Source: Octopus sinensis (lineage: Eukaryota). Taken from it: DNA of 64,000 bases. Positions 39,428-53,000 of the stretch are shown piece after piece. The stretch's first letter is position 1. Each line of letters opens with the position of its first letter. Both the position numbers and the translations under genes were made by a program. The notes beneath the pieces were generated by a model. It searched no databases and was not told the origin of the DNA. It saw only the letters and a list, made by a program, of their open reading frames with translations. The DNA lies in contig NC_043009.1 of assembly GCF_006345805.1 (NCBI RefSeq), positions 124,001-188,000 on the forward strand. Direction: 5' to 3'.

Positions 39428-39439
39428 ATATATATCTAT

Positions 39440-39748
39440 ATCACCGTCACCGTGACCGACCAGGCTATCAGATGTTGTTTCACATCGCTGGTCACAATGC
39501 GTTTCGCATTGTTTCAGCCTTCAAATGACGCCACCCCGCTGGCTAAGCGAGCAGGCCAACAGAAGAAAGAGTGGGAGAAAGTTGTGGCGAAAGAGTACAG
39601 TAGGGATCGCCAACTCCCTGCCAGAGCCTCGTGGAGCTTTTAGGTGTTTTCGCTCAATAAGCACTCACTACGCCCGGTCTGAGAATCGAAACCGCTATCC
39701 TACGACTGCGAGTCCGATGCCCCAACCACTGGGTCATTGCGCCTCCAC
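39440..39748 (-). mobile_element. tRNA-headed SINE family C, full length
   Basis: Minus-strand head ggaggcgcaatgacccagtggttgggg...ggtttcgattctcagaccggg; other fragments at 12.4 and 36.5 kb. Confidence 0.82.
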
Positions 39749-39749
39749 A

Positions 39750-39812
<63 letters not shown>

Positions 39813-39854
39813 CACACACGCACACATACACATATATCTATATATATATATATA

Positions 39855-41815
39855 CAGGGGTTGGACAAAATAATGGAAACACCTAGCATCATAGCATCAT
39901 GATTTTTAAGTATCTATAAAATTGTAAATAAACTTGTTTATTTTTGTTTTTTGATTTATTAGTGTTACTTAATACGTTTCGCTAAAATTGCTGTTTCTTT
40001 TCAGATATCATCAGTAAAAGGTAATCAAAATTCATTAAAATGACAGATCTATCGCACTTTCAAAGAGGTCAAATTGTTGGTGCTCGTATGGCAGGCGCTA
40101 GCGTAACGAAAACAGCCGAAATGCTTGGTGTATCAAGAGGTATTGTCTCGAAAGTAATGGCAGCCTTTCAGAAAGAGGGAAAAACCTCCTGGTCGAAATA
40201 AAACTCCGGAAGAAAATCAAAACTTTCAGATAGGGACCGTCTGATTCTCACGCGAATTGTTAGAAAGGATAACAAAAGTACAGCTCCCAGAATTACCGTA
40301 GAGCTTAATCGACACCTCGAAAACCCAGTTTCCACAAAAAATGTTCGTCGCTAGATTTCACGGAATTTCACGGAAAGGCTGCCATTAGAAAACCATTACT
40401 TTCAAAAACAAACGTTGCAAAGCTATTAGAGTGGAGTAAAAACCTACAGAATTGGTCTCTAAAGTAGTGGGAAAATGTTATTTTTTCGGAAGAGTCATCC
40501 ATTATCTTATTTTCGATCACCGGCCGAGTATACCTGTGGAGACAGTAAAAAGAAGCATTTGACCCAGACTGCCTTCTTCCAGCTGTTAAACATGGAGAGG
40601 GATCTGTGATGATCTGGCGGGCTATATCTTGAAAATCCGCCGGCCTAATGGTTTCCCTTTATAGCAGAATTAATAGTCAAGACTATTTAAGCATTTTATC
40701 TGATCACTAGCAGCATAGCCCGGCGTTGCCCGGGTATGTAAGAGCCCCTAGTAGGCAACGACTAATCCCAATCTAGTCCTTTCCCTCTAGGGAACGAAGG
40801 CGCATGTGTAGGTTGCAATGTCTTCTCTTCACTCCCAAATAACTATCAAACAGCTATCGATAATTCAACCCAACCAATTCCTACCAGGAAGAAATTACAT
40901 TCGAGACTTTACCCCCAACATCGTCACTTCTGCTAATAGCTGCTACAGCCGCAAGTTATTCGAATACTTTTTTTGTTTAAACTTTCTTTATAACTACCAC
41001 CCCAAACCTTAAATTTTTGACGTACCCTAAGGGTCCTCGGACGCTACTTGCAAACTCTTGGTTTATTATAAACCGATTTTGTCGTGTGCACCAAAAAACC
41101 TTTTCCATTCGTTTGTTCAGTTTGGTCACTTTTGACTTTTTCGTTGTTGTCACTCACATTGCTGCCCGCTTTTTTGCATATAAAAAGCTTAGATTCTCGA
41201 CCCCATGTCGAATTTATCAATTTTTTTCAGAACTGGAGGAACTTTTCAAAATTTTCGCTGCGTTAGTTTTGAATTATGACATTGGGCTATGTGTGTGTCA
41301 AGTTTCATCAGAATCGGTTGAAAGCCGTGGTCAGGGTGAGGGTACAACCTGACAGACACACAGACACACAGACAGACAAACTGCCGTTTATATATAGAGA
41401 GATATTCATCCTATGGTTGCAGAACTGTTTCTGGAGGGAAACGCAATCTTTCAGGATGATAATGCACCAATTCACATAACTAAATTTGTTACTAAATGTC
41501 ACGAGGATCATTCTAGTGATGTTGAACATCTTATCTAGCCACCACAGTCCCCAGATCTCAAAATTATTGAACATTTATGGTGCATTTTAGAAAAACAAGT
41601 AAGGAGTCGATGTCCTCCACCATCATCACTACAAGAACTGGAGACTATTTTAGCTGGAGAATGGACAAAAATTCCTTTGGAAACAATTCAAACTTTGTAC
41701 GAGTCCATACCTTGTAGAATTCAAGCTGTAATTACTGCCAAAGGCAGTCCTACCCCAAATTAAAATTAATTTGTTTGTAATTTTAAAGTGTTAACATTAT
41801 TTTGTCCAACACCTG
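39855..41815 (+). mobile_element. Tc1-like transposon with DD36E spacing, degenerate, interrupted by a Helitron
   Basis: TIRs caggggttggacaaaataat; MTDLSHFQRGQIVGARMAGASVTKTAEMLGVSRG; IFSEESS; QDDNAPIH...PPQSPDLKIIEHLW with 36 codons between D and E. Confidence 0.9.
40707..41402 (-). mobile_element. Non-autonomous Helitron nested in the Tc1 transposase
   Basis: A|TC ... cccgggcaacgccggg ... CTAG|T; removing it restores S-D-H-I-H-P-M-V in frame with no TSD. Confidence 0.9.
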
Positions 41816-42147
41816 CATATATAGAAAGAAGAAGTATATTCCCACGCAGGAAAAAATATAAGAGAATTTGTTTTGCTCTAAAAAAACGTTGTCTTTTTAA
41901 TTAGATTTATTCACATACTAAACTGGTTTGTGTTGTGGGAAAACGACTTCACGCTTTTGAGATTGAGATGTATTTTCAAATAATCACACACAACATACAC
42001 GGGCTAAATTGCACAAAAGGAGGATCGTTGTGGTTTTCATCAGATAATTGTAAACAGACACAAGAACCAGAAAGATCCTAAAAGGAAAAACACGATAACT
42101 GTTATCTCCAAGATAAGTTTACTGTTGCATTATTATTGAGTTTTAAA

Positions 42148-42590
42148 GGCGGCGAGCTAGCAGAAACGTTAGCACGCCGGGCGAAATGCTTAGCGGTATT
42201 TCGTCTGCCGCTACGTTCTGAGTTCAAATTCCGCCGAGGTCGACTTTGCCTTTCATCCTTTCGGGGTCGATTAAATAAATACCAGTTACGCACTGGGGTC
42301 GATATAATCGACTTAATCACTTTGTCTGTCCTTGTTTGTCCCCTCTATGTTTAGCCTCTTGTGGGCAATAAAGAAATAAGAAACGCTAGCATGCCGTGCG
42401 AAATGCTTAGCAGTATTTCGTCAGTCTTTATGCTCTGAGTTCAAATTCAGCCGAGGTCGACTTTGCCTTTCATCATTTTGGAGTCGATAAATTAAGTACT
42501 AGTTGCATACTGGGTTCGATCTAATCGATTGGCCCCCTCCCTCAAAATTTCGGCTCTTGTGCCTAGAGTAGAAAAGTCTTAGTTTCACAA
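42148..42590 (+). mobile_element. Two tandem family B SINEs with different 3' tails (42148-42380, 42381-42590)
   Basis: Shared gcgaaatgcttagc.gtatttcgtc...gagttcaaatt..gccgaggtcgactttgcctttcatc core; tails differ. Confidence 0.85.
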
Positions 42591-43249
42591 CTTGTCGGAA
42601 ATGGGCCACTGTCGGTTTGTATCGAGGTTGTCTATGTTTTCAGACAGGCTGGTGGGATCTTTTGTGTCCATGTCTATCTCGGAAAACCCGCTGTCATCCC
42701 TGAATGTTTCCTTTTTTTTTTTTAATTTTTGGTTATTTCATGATACTGTGAACGTGACTTTGTGCCAGTGTGACCGATATTTTGCTGCATCTACAATGAT
42801 GAGCCGACAAGGTTTTTGTAAGATAATTTAAATATTTTTAGTTGTTTCCCTATGTTAACCTGAGATACATACTTATAAACGATGTGTAGATAATTTTATA
42901 TCTATGGGTGAAAGTGTTTCAGTATATGCAACAGTTTTCCTCATTTCGTACTTTTCACCCGTTTGAAGTCAAACTTTGTTACAAGTAAGTTCTAAATCAG
43001 GAAGTCAAATATCAGAAAAAACTCTGTTCAAATAAATTTGTATTTAAGTTTATCATATTTTTGTATCTTTTTTTTTTATTTTGTAATCTACCGTGCACTT
43101 GCCGTACACTTGCCGTACACTTGTATGTACACGCGGTAGAGGTGCACATTGTAATGTATGAGTAGAAAATAAATGACTCCAAAGTTTAAGCCATTGTTCG
43201 ATTTTGTTATCACAGTGGTGATTGAGAACCCCGCTCGCCTAGATATATG

Positions 43250-43790
43250 TACGAAGCAGCAACACTAAATCATCCAAAATTAAAAGTAGGGCTTGTGAAC
43301 TCGCAGTAATTCTTCGGCTACCACTTCTGGTTCTTTCTGGATGCATGGCCAGGAGTTGAATCTTACTGTCACGCAGATAGCCTTCCTGCAGCAAACATCT
43401 CCAGCTAGCGATTGATCATAGCCTCTAGCAGCTCTACATAATCATCTGATTTGAGCCAAAGGCCCTGTTCAAATATGTTGGAAGGATTCCTGCGTCTCTC
43501 TTGCTACAGGCCACGGCTTCGTAGTCTCTCTTGCAGCTGTCCACGTCACGTCTTACAACCTTTGCAATGTTCACAGAGCAGTCTGATGCCGGCATTTCGA
43601 TACTCGGCATGAATCATCATGATTCAAGTAACACTTTTCCAATATTCAAATGGCTTCCAGTCCTCCACGTTAGCTAACTTTTTCTCAACTTCAACTTTAA
43701 TCTTAATATTCTCCAACATGGTTGACTGTTCACAAATACATGAAACTCTTCATGAGAAAAGCAGACATAATCGTCAAATTTAGGCCGAAC
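43250..43790 (-). mobile_element. Degenerate maT-like transposon remnant (approximate ends)
   Basis: Minus-strand translation IFEQGLWLKSDDYVELLE...AAGR...QDSTPGHASRKNQKW..NYCEFTSP. Confidence 0.65.
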
Positions 43791-43887
43791 ATCCTATACA
43801 CACTCACACACAAACACACACACACGCGCGCAAACACACAGTCGGCTAGCTAGCTAGCTAGCTAGATAGATAGATAGATAGATAGAC

Positions 43888-43924
<37 letters not shown>

Positions 43925-46900
43925 TGTTTCTTTATTAGCCACACAGGGCTGCACACAGATAGAACAAATTACAAGGTAGAGCTTTTCTTTTGAAGGTTTA
44001 AAAAAAAAAAAAAAGGAAGGGGGAGTTTCGATCAAAAGGGATCGTAAAAGGAGAGAAAGAGGACAAAAAGAAGGGGGGGGTTAAAAAAAAAAAAAAAAAA
44101 AGGGGAAGAGGAAAAAAAATTGATCAATAGGGATCGTTATCACAGAAATGTCAATATGAAGTGTAAAGGGGAGGACAGGTGAGGTTTACCCGTGGAAAGA
44201 AAAGCCTACGGAAAAGACCACGGTAACCTCGGTCAATGAAGTCACATTTTATATTTCTTTTTTTTTTTTGCAAATAAGCAACTCTCTGTTTTCGATTTCT
44301 GGGTTCATAGGACTATGCTCAAGGTGGCTTCGTCATTCATACGTGCCATTCTTGCTACATTCACCCATCTTTTTTTAAAACATTCGCTAGACAAAACTTG
44401 CCTCTCTACTCTCACTTTCCTTTTCAAGTGGTACTTGAAGAAGTTGATGAGAGATTGACCAGAGAGATAAGTGTTTGTCTCCAATCCTTTCAGACGCGTC
44501 CACCAGATACATTCTTTCGCCATAGCCACAAGGATGATGAAAATAGCTCTTCCTTCCCGTTTGAAGGAAGGAGGCGTGACAATATTGACGATAGACTCAG
44601 CTGATAAACCGACTCGTCCCACACGTGACAGCAGTTGTTCGACATAAGCCCACAGGTCGGAAATTGTTGGACACTGAACGAGTGCGTGCAGAACGGTTTC
44701 GTCGCTCTGACCGCATCTCGGGCAGGTCGGCCCCGTGTTTTCGAGCCGTGTCTGTAGAGCTTATCCCGAACGGGTAGCGCTTCTCGGTAGCACTGCCAGG
44801 CCAGGGATCTCTGGAAGTTGTCCATGGGCCCTGGCCCGAAAGTCGTCCCGAACAGGCGGGTCAGGTACTCCTCGTCGACGTCCAGGTTCGCCCCGAGCTC
44901 GTCGTCGTACCTCCCCTCCACTAAACCCCTATAGAATGCTTTGGTTGTGTTGAAGTCACTTAAGGTCGACCCAGGACGGCAGAGTTGCTTGAGAGCAACA
45001 CGACACTCGCGGTGCCATTCGCCCTTCCTCGGCCTCTTTTTGATCCACGACTGCAGTTCGGTCATGGAGACGAGCTGCGGGAAAGCGTGCCTCACAAACG
45101 GCGACCACACCTGTTCACCGTCGTCTACATAGAGCCAGAGATGTCGCAGTCTCAGCGCGTGTCTGCGCATCATCAACCACGCATGCCCAGCCCTCCTTTT
45201 GACGGGTGTTGACAGCAAATGGATCGCCTGACCATCGGGACGCATCCTTTCCACAAGAAGCGAAAGAGGATGCGTTGTAGTTTGGTGATGGTAGGGTCGG
45301 GACAAGGTACGACGGTCAGGCGGTAGTAGATGACGGACGCGATGTACGTGTTCGCCACCTCCGCTCGACCTTTTAGGGACAGTTTCCTCTCGGCCCATTG
45401 CCGGGCGAGAGTGACCACCCTACTCGTTATCTCGTTCCAGTTCTTCTCCACTTGGAGGTCCGGACCGAACCAGACCCCGAGCAACTCAACCGGGCCGTCG
45501 GTCCAGCGTCCCACGACGGAGGCGCTGGTGGACGGCATGGGCTTGCTTCTCCAGGTGCCTAGTCGCAAGCCCACTGACTTTTCCCGGTTGATTTTTGCTC
45601 CTGTCACCGCTTCGTAGTTTTTCAGTGTCTCGCCGACCAGCTCGATGTGCTCGTGGCTAGACACTATGACGGTGACGTCGTCCGCGTATGCAGACACGCT
45701 CGTCCCGCATCCCAATTCTCGCGGGATGCCCCTTAGAGTCGCCAGCTTCCGCAGTAGTGGCTCAAGAGTCAATACGTATAGAAGCGCCGAGAGGGGGCAT
45801 CCCTGACGGACCGAACGTGCAATGTCGAAAGGTCTCGATAGATGTCCATTTACGCGAATTACCGAACGGATGCCTCTGTACAAGGCAGCTATCCAGCCGC
45901 GGAAGACGGGACCGAAACCAGCCGCTCTCAGGACTGCCTCCAAGTATCGATGGTCTACCCTATCAAAGGCTTTCGATTGATCCAAGTTGATCAGGGCCCC
46001 ACCCATGCCAGGTTCGTTAACTACCCTGTCTATGATGTAGCGCATCAGATGGAGGTTGTCATGGATGGTCCGGCCTGGCACGGCGCATGTTTGCGCCTTG
46101 TCGACCAGTTTCTCGATGACAAGCGCCAACCTCTTGGCTAGCACCTTGGCCAAAATTTTCAAGTCTGCATTAAGCAGAGTGATGGGCCTAAAGTTATCTA
46201 TTACATTTCCCTTGTTTAGATCTTTCTTCGGCAGTGTTACGGCTCCTCGGCTCACAAAACCAGGAATGCTCCCGTTTTGCTGCCAGTTGCAGTACACCGC
46301 CGCCAAGAGATCTCCAAACAAGTCTGGCATACAATTGTAAAGCTCGTAGGGTAGACCATCCAAACCGGTGATTTGTCCCTCGAGCATTCTGCCATCGCTT
46401 CCCGCACTTCCGCCGCCGTGATGGCACCTTCGCAGCACCCTGCCTTCTTGTCGAGAGTCGTGGTAGGCTATGTAGGTAGGCACTGAAGTCCACCCTACGT
46501 TCTTGCCCTCCACTCGTTCCGAACAGTCGGGCAAAATGCTGCTGAAAGGCCTCACACATTTTACTTGGCTCGAGCAATTCGCGCCCCTGTTCATCTACCA
46601 GTGACCGAATGGTGGCTTTGTTGCCCTGTTGCGCCTCTGCCACCCGGGCCTCTCTCGCGGCTCCAACACCTTCGTTCCTTAGAGCACGCATCCTAGCTCT
46701 GACAGCACATCCTTCGTGTTTGGCGTTGAAGTGTTGGTCGAGGGCCAACCTCGCCGCCAAAACGTCGGATGCGATGCCGCTTCTAATTGCCTCTTCTAGC
46801 TTCTTAACTAGCTCACCCTCTACTCTATTTCTATCTATGGCTAGTGCTTTGCTGTACCTAATCGCTTCTGCTTTTACTGCTCTCTTGAGGGCAAACCACC

Positions 46901-47051
46901 ATTTGTTGTTGATGATGGCTCCCGTCAAAGCCCTCTTTACTAGCGTGCTAATCCGGTCTCTGAAAACTTGTCTCGATGGGAAAGACGCGTTTAGTTTCCA
47001 GTATCCGGGACCCTGCCTAAGTGTCTTACCTAAGTCTAGCGTACATGTCAC

Positions 47052-47053
<2 letters not shown>
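43925..47053 (-). mobile_element. Tx1-like LINE copy A, 5'-truncated in the APE region, flanked by (GATA)n on both sides
   Basis: RT (SAYADD, QGCPLS), C-terminal CPRCGQSDETVLHALVQC (CX2CX8HX4C), 3' UTR ending ...gtggctAATAAAgaaaca(TATC)n. Confidence 0.95.
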
Positions 47054-47110
<57 letters not shown>

Positions 47111-47111
47111 C

Positions 47112-47162
<51 letters not shown>

Positions 47163-47163
47163 C

Positions 47164-47201
<38 letters not shown>

Positions 47202-47214
47202 TCAGATAGATAAC

Positions 47215-47277
<63 letters not shown>

Positions 47278-47289
47278 CAGATAGATAAC

Positions 47290-47331
<42 letters not shown>

Positions 47332-47332
47332 C

Positions 47333-47393
<61 letters not shown>
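47054..47393. repeat. (GATA)n array between Tx1 copies A and B
   Basis: Direct observation. Confidence 0.98.
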
Positions 47394-49330
47394 TGTTTCT
47401 TTATTAGCCACACAGGGCTGCACACAGACAGGACAAATTACAAGGTAGAGCTTTTCTTTTGGGGGTAAAAAAAAGGGGGTTGGTTTTCGATCAAAAGGGA
47501 TCGTAAAAGGAAAGAAAGAGGACAAAAAAGGGGTGATAAAATTTTAAAAAAATAAAAGGGGGGAGGAAACGAAAAAAATTGATCAATAGGGATCGTTATC
47601 ACAGAAATGTCAATATGAAGTGTAAAGGGGAGGACAGGTGAGGTTTACCCGTGGAAAGAAAAGTCTACGGAAAAGACCACGGTAACCTCGGTCAATGAAG
47701 TCACATGTTATATTTCTTTTTTTTTCTTTTTGCAAATAAGCAACTCTCTGTATTAATTTTTACGGTTCATATAGAATCATAGTCAAGGTGGCTTCGTCAT
47801 TCATACGTGCCATCCTTGCTACATTCACCCATCTGTTTTTTAAAACATTCACTAGACAACACTTGCCTCTCTACTCTCACTTTCCTCTTCAAGTGATACT
47901 TGAAGAAGTTGATGAGAGATTGACCAGAGAGGAAAGTGTTTGTCTCTAATCCTTTCAGGCGCGTCCACCAGATACATTCTTTCGCCATAGCCACAAGTAT
48001 GATAAAAAAAGCTCTTTCTTCCCGTTTGAAGGAAGGAGGCGTGACGATATTAACGATAGACTCGGCTGATAAACCGACACGTCCCACACGTGACAGCAGT
48101 CGTTCGACATAAGCCCACAGGTCGGAGATTGTTGGACACTGCACGATTGCGTGCAGAGCGGTTTCGTCGCTCTGCCCGCATCTCGGGCAGGTCGGCCCCG
48201 TGTTTCTCAAGCCATGCCTATAGAGCTTATCCCGAACGGGTAGCGCTTCTCGGTAGCACCGCCAGACCAGGGATCTCTGGAAGTTGTCCATAGGTCCCAG
48301 TCCGAAAGTCGTTTCAAACAGGCGGGTCAGGTATTCCTCGTCGACGCCCAGGTTTGCCCCAAGATCGTCGTCGTACCTCACCTCCACTAATCCCCTATAG
48401 AATGCTTTGGTTGTGTTGAAGTCACTCAAGGTCGACCCGGGACGGCAGAGTTGCTTGAGAGCAACGCGACACTCGCGGTGCCATTCGCCCTTCCTCGGCC
48501 TCCTTTTGATCCACGACTGCAGTTCGATCATGGAGACGAGCTGCGGGAACGCGTGCCTCACAAACGGCGACCACACCTGTTCACCGTCGTCGACATAGAG
48601 CCAGAGATGTCGCAGTCTCAGCGCATGTCTGCGCATCATCAACCATGGCATACCCAGCCATCCTTTTAACGAGTGTTGACTGCAAATGGATCGCCTGACC
48701 ATCGGGACGCATCCTTTCCACAAGAAGCGGAAGAGAATGCGTTCTAGTTTGGTGATGGTAGAGTCGGGACAAGGTACGACGGTCAGGCGGTAGTAGATTA
48801 TGGACGCGATGTACGTGTTCGCCACCTCCGCCCGACCTTTTAGGGACAGTTTCCTCTCGGCCCATTGCTGGGCGAGAGTGACCACCCTACTCGTTATTTC
48901 GTTCCAGTTTTCTCCATTTGGAGGTCTGGACCGAACCAGACCCCGAGCAACTCAACCGGGCCGTCCGTTCAGCGTCCCACGACGGAGGTACTGGTGGACG
49001 GCATGGGCTTGCTTCTCCAGGTGCCGAGCCGCAAGCCCACTGACTTTTCCCGGTTGATTTTTGCTCCTGTCACCGCTCCGTAGTCTTTCAGTGTCTCGCC
49101 GACCAGCTCGATGTGCTCGTGGCTTGACACTATGACGGTGACGTCGTCCGCGTATGCAGACACGCTCGTCTCGCATCCAATTCTCGCGGGATGCCCCTCA
49201 GAGTCGCCAGCTTCCGCAGTAGTGGCTCAAGAGTCAATACGTATAGAAGCGCCGAGAGGGGGCATCCCTGACGGACCGAACGTGCAATATCGAAAGGTCT
49301 CGATAGATGTCCATTTACGCAAATTACCGA
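47394..49330 (-). mobile_element. Tx1-like LINE copy B, 5'-truncated in RT, same subfamily as A
   Basis: Near-identical 3' UTR and ORF2 C-terminus to copy A; breaks at ...gcaaattaccga into (GACA/GATA)n. Confidence 0.95.
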
Positions 49331-49341
49331 GACAGACAGAC

Positions 49342-49397
<56 letters not shown>

Positions 49398-49441
49398 GGA
49401 TAGATGGATAGATGGATAGATAGATAGACAGACAGACAGAC

Positions 49442-49474
<33 letters not shown>

Positions 49475-49487
49475 TAGACAGACAGAC

Positions 49488-49534
<47 letters not shown>

Positions 49535-49635
49535 TAGATAGATAGATAGATAAATAGATAGACAGATAGATAGATAGATAGATAGATACATACATGCATA
49601 CATACATACATACATACATACATACATAGACAGAC

Positions 49636-49689
<54 letters not shown>

Positions 49690-49719
49690 TAGATAGACAG
49701 ACAGACAGACAGATAGATA
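49331..49719. repeat. (GATA)n/(GACA)n/(CATA)n array between Tx1 copies B and C
   Basis: Direct observation. Confidence 0.98.
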
Positions 49720-50007
49720 ACTTTTTATTGTGGCCACACAGGGCTAAACACAGAATAAAAATGGACGAAATACAATGTAGAAATTTTTCTTTTCGAGGTG
49801 GGATGGGTAGGGCACAAAAAAAAAACGTTTGATCAATAGGGAACTGTGGGTTGTGTGGTGTATAAAAAAGCAATATATATATATATAAAGTTCACAGTTT
49901 AGGTGTAGCCTTGGAAAGAAAAACCTGCAAAAAAGACCAAGGTCACCTCAGACAGTTCGAAAATGAACACATGAGTAAGTCGCCTTACTGCTCGTTTTCT
50001 CTTTTGG

Positions 50008-53000
50008 TTACAGATTTATGCTTAAAATAGTGTCGTTTTTCATACTGACCATTTTTGCCACTTTTACCCACTTTTTATTAAAACATTCGTTCGATAAAGC
50101 CTTCCTCTCTATTCTCATCCTCCTTTTCAAGTGGTACTTGAAAAGGTTGACGAGAGACTGACCAGAGAGGAAGGTGTTTGTTTGCAGTCCTTTCAAACGC
50201 GTCCACCACACACATTCTTTCGCCATAGCCATCAGCGTAACGAAAACCGTTTTCCCTTCCCGTTTAAAGGAAGGTGGTGGAACAATATACACGATAGACT
50301 CGGCCGATAGGCGGGCCCGACCTACACGTGACAACAGCAGTTCGACGAAGGTCCACAGCTCTGAAATATCTGGACACTGCACGAGTGCGTGCAGAACGGT
50401 TTCGTCGCTCTGACCGCATCTCGGGCAGGTCGGTCCGTTGATGGTTTTCGAACCGTGCCTGTAGCTCTTCTCTCGAACAGGTAGTGCGTCTCGATAGCAC
50501 TGCCAAGCCAGGGATTTCTGGAAGTTATCCATAGGCCCCGGCCCGAACGTCGTCCTGAACAGGCGGGTTAGGAATTTCTCGTCGACGCCCAGGTTTGCCC
50601 TGAGTGTGTCGTCGGACCTCCCCTCCACTAGTCCTCTATAGAACGCTTTAGTCGTTTGTAAGTTGCACAAGTTGACCCCGGTCGGCAGAGCTGCTGTAGA
50701 GCTTGGCGACACTCTCGGTGCCAATCGCCCAGTTTCGGTCTCTTCTTGATCCACGTTTGCAGTTCGGTCAGTGAGACGAGCTGCGGGAAGGCGCGCCTCA
50801 CAAACGGCGCCCACACCTGTTCACCGTCGTCGATGAAGTTCCAGAGATGTCGCAGTCTCAGCGCATGCCTGCGCATCATCAACCACGGCATGCCCAGTCC
50901 TCTATTCAACGGAAATTGACAGCAAATGGACTTCCTCACCATCGGAACGCCACCCTTCCACAGGAAGCGGAAGAGTATGCGTTCCAGTTTGGTGATGGTG
51001 GTGTCGGGACAAGGTACGACGGTCAGGCGGTAATCGATGACGGATGCGATGTACGCGTTCGCCACCTCCGCCCGGCCTTTTAGAGACAGCTTTCTCGTGA
51101 TCTCGTCCCAGTTCTTATCCATTTGGAGGTCCGGACTGAACCAGACCCCGAGCAATTTAACCGGTCCGTCCGTCCAACGTCCCACTACTGAGCCGCAGTC
51201 GGACGGCATGGGCTTGCTTCTCCAGGTGCCGAGTAGCAAACCCACTGACTTTTCCGGGTTAATGTTCGCTCCCGTCACCGTTTCGTATTTTCTTAGCGTC
51301 TCGCCTATCATCTGGATGTGTTTGTCGCTCGACACTATGACGGTGACATCGTCCGCATATGCCGACACGCTCGTCCCGCAACCCAGTTCCCGTGGGATGC
51401 CCCTCAGTGTCGCCAGCTTCCGCAGTAGCGGCTCGAGAGTCAATACATACAGAAGCGCCGACAGGGGACACCCCTGACTGACCGAACGCCAAATACCGAT
51501 GGTCGACCCTATCGAAGGCTTTAGACTGATCCAAATTGATTAGCGTCCCACCCTTGCCAGGATCCTTAACTACCCTGTCCACAATGTAGCGCATCAGATG
51601 GAGGTTGTCATGTATGGTTCTGCCCGGCACGGCGCATGTTTGTGCCCTGTTGACCAATTTACTAATGACAAGCGCCAACCTCTCGGCTATTACTTTGGCC
51701 AAAATTTTCAAATCTGCGTTGAGCAGAGTGATGGGCCTGAAATTATCTATAAAATTCCCCTTGTTTGGGTCTTTCTTCAGCAACGTCACTGCACCTCGGC
51801 TCACGAAACCGGGGATTCTCCCGTTTTGTTGCCAGTTGCAGTAGACTGATGCCAAGAGGTCGCCAAACAAGTCTGGCATTTGACAATACAGCTCGTAGGG
51901 TAAACCATCCAATCCAGGCGACTTATCCCTCGCGCATCCCGCCATCGCATCCCGCACGTCAGCGGCTGTGATGGGACTTTCACAACACTCCGCTTCTCTT
52001 GCCGAGAGCCGCGGCAGGTCGGTTAGGTAGGCACTGAAATCCATCCCGCGTTCCGACCCACCACTCGCACCAAACAGTCGAGCAAAGTGCTGTTGAAAGG
52101 CCTCACACATCCTTTCGGGTTCGAGTAAACTGCATCCTTGTTGATCTATTAGAGACCGAATGGTGGCTCTGTTGCCACGCTGCGCCTCCGCTACCCGGGC
52201 CTCTCGCGCAGCTTCGATCCCTTCGTTCCTTAAGGCACGCATTTTATCTCTGACGACGCAACCTTCGTGCTTGGCGTTGAGGTGTTGTTCGAGGGCCATC
52301 CTCGCAGCCAGCACGTTGGTTGCGCTGCCAGTGGTAAGTGCCTCTTCTAGTTTCTTAACCAGGTCTCCCTCTACTCTATTTCGATCTATCGCTAATTCCT
52401 TGCTAAACCTAATTGATTCCGATTTTATTGCCATTTTCAGGGCGAACCACCAACGGTTGTTAACGACGGCTCCCGTCAGCGCCCTCTTAATTAACTCGCT
52501 AATCCGGTTCCTGTAAACCTGTCGCGCTAAGAGTGACGTGTTCAGTTTCCAGTAACCGGGACCCTGTCTATGTGTCTTATCTAAGTCGAGCGTACACGTC
52601 ACAAATTTGTGATCTGTGTAGCTGACTATTTTAAATTGTGGACATCCTACACTATCCCTATCCGCTGTCCTGCATAGAATTCTATCTAGAAAAGATCTCG
52701 ACGATCCGATGCGGTTTGTCCAAGTCCACGTTGGCACGTTCGGATGGTCGAGTCGGAACCTGTCAGACAAATGGAAACGTCTGAGTAGGTCTTTGAGGCA
52801 CTTACACCCCCTTCTATTCCTATCCATTCCCACATAATCTAGATGCGTGTCCAAGGTAGCGTTCCAATCCCCTACTAACAGTAAAGGTCTAGACGTACCC
52901 AGGAAAACCTCTAGACGTCTGAAGAAATCCGCCCGACCTGTTAAGGACGGTGCATAAACTGCCATCAGACGGAATGCACACCCATTTCTGCCATCCACGT

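Noticed and set aside
42860-42930. CTGAGA...GAAA hammerhead candidate
   Set aside because: The core lacks a nucleotide and the stems do not pair convincingly.
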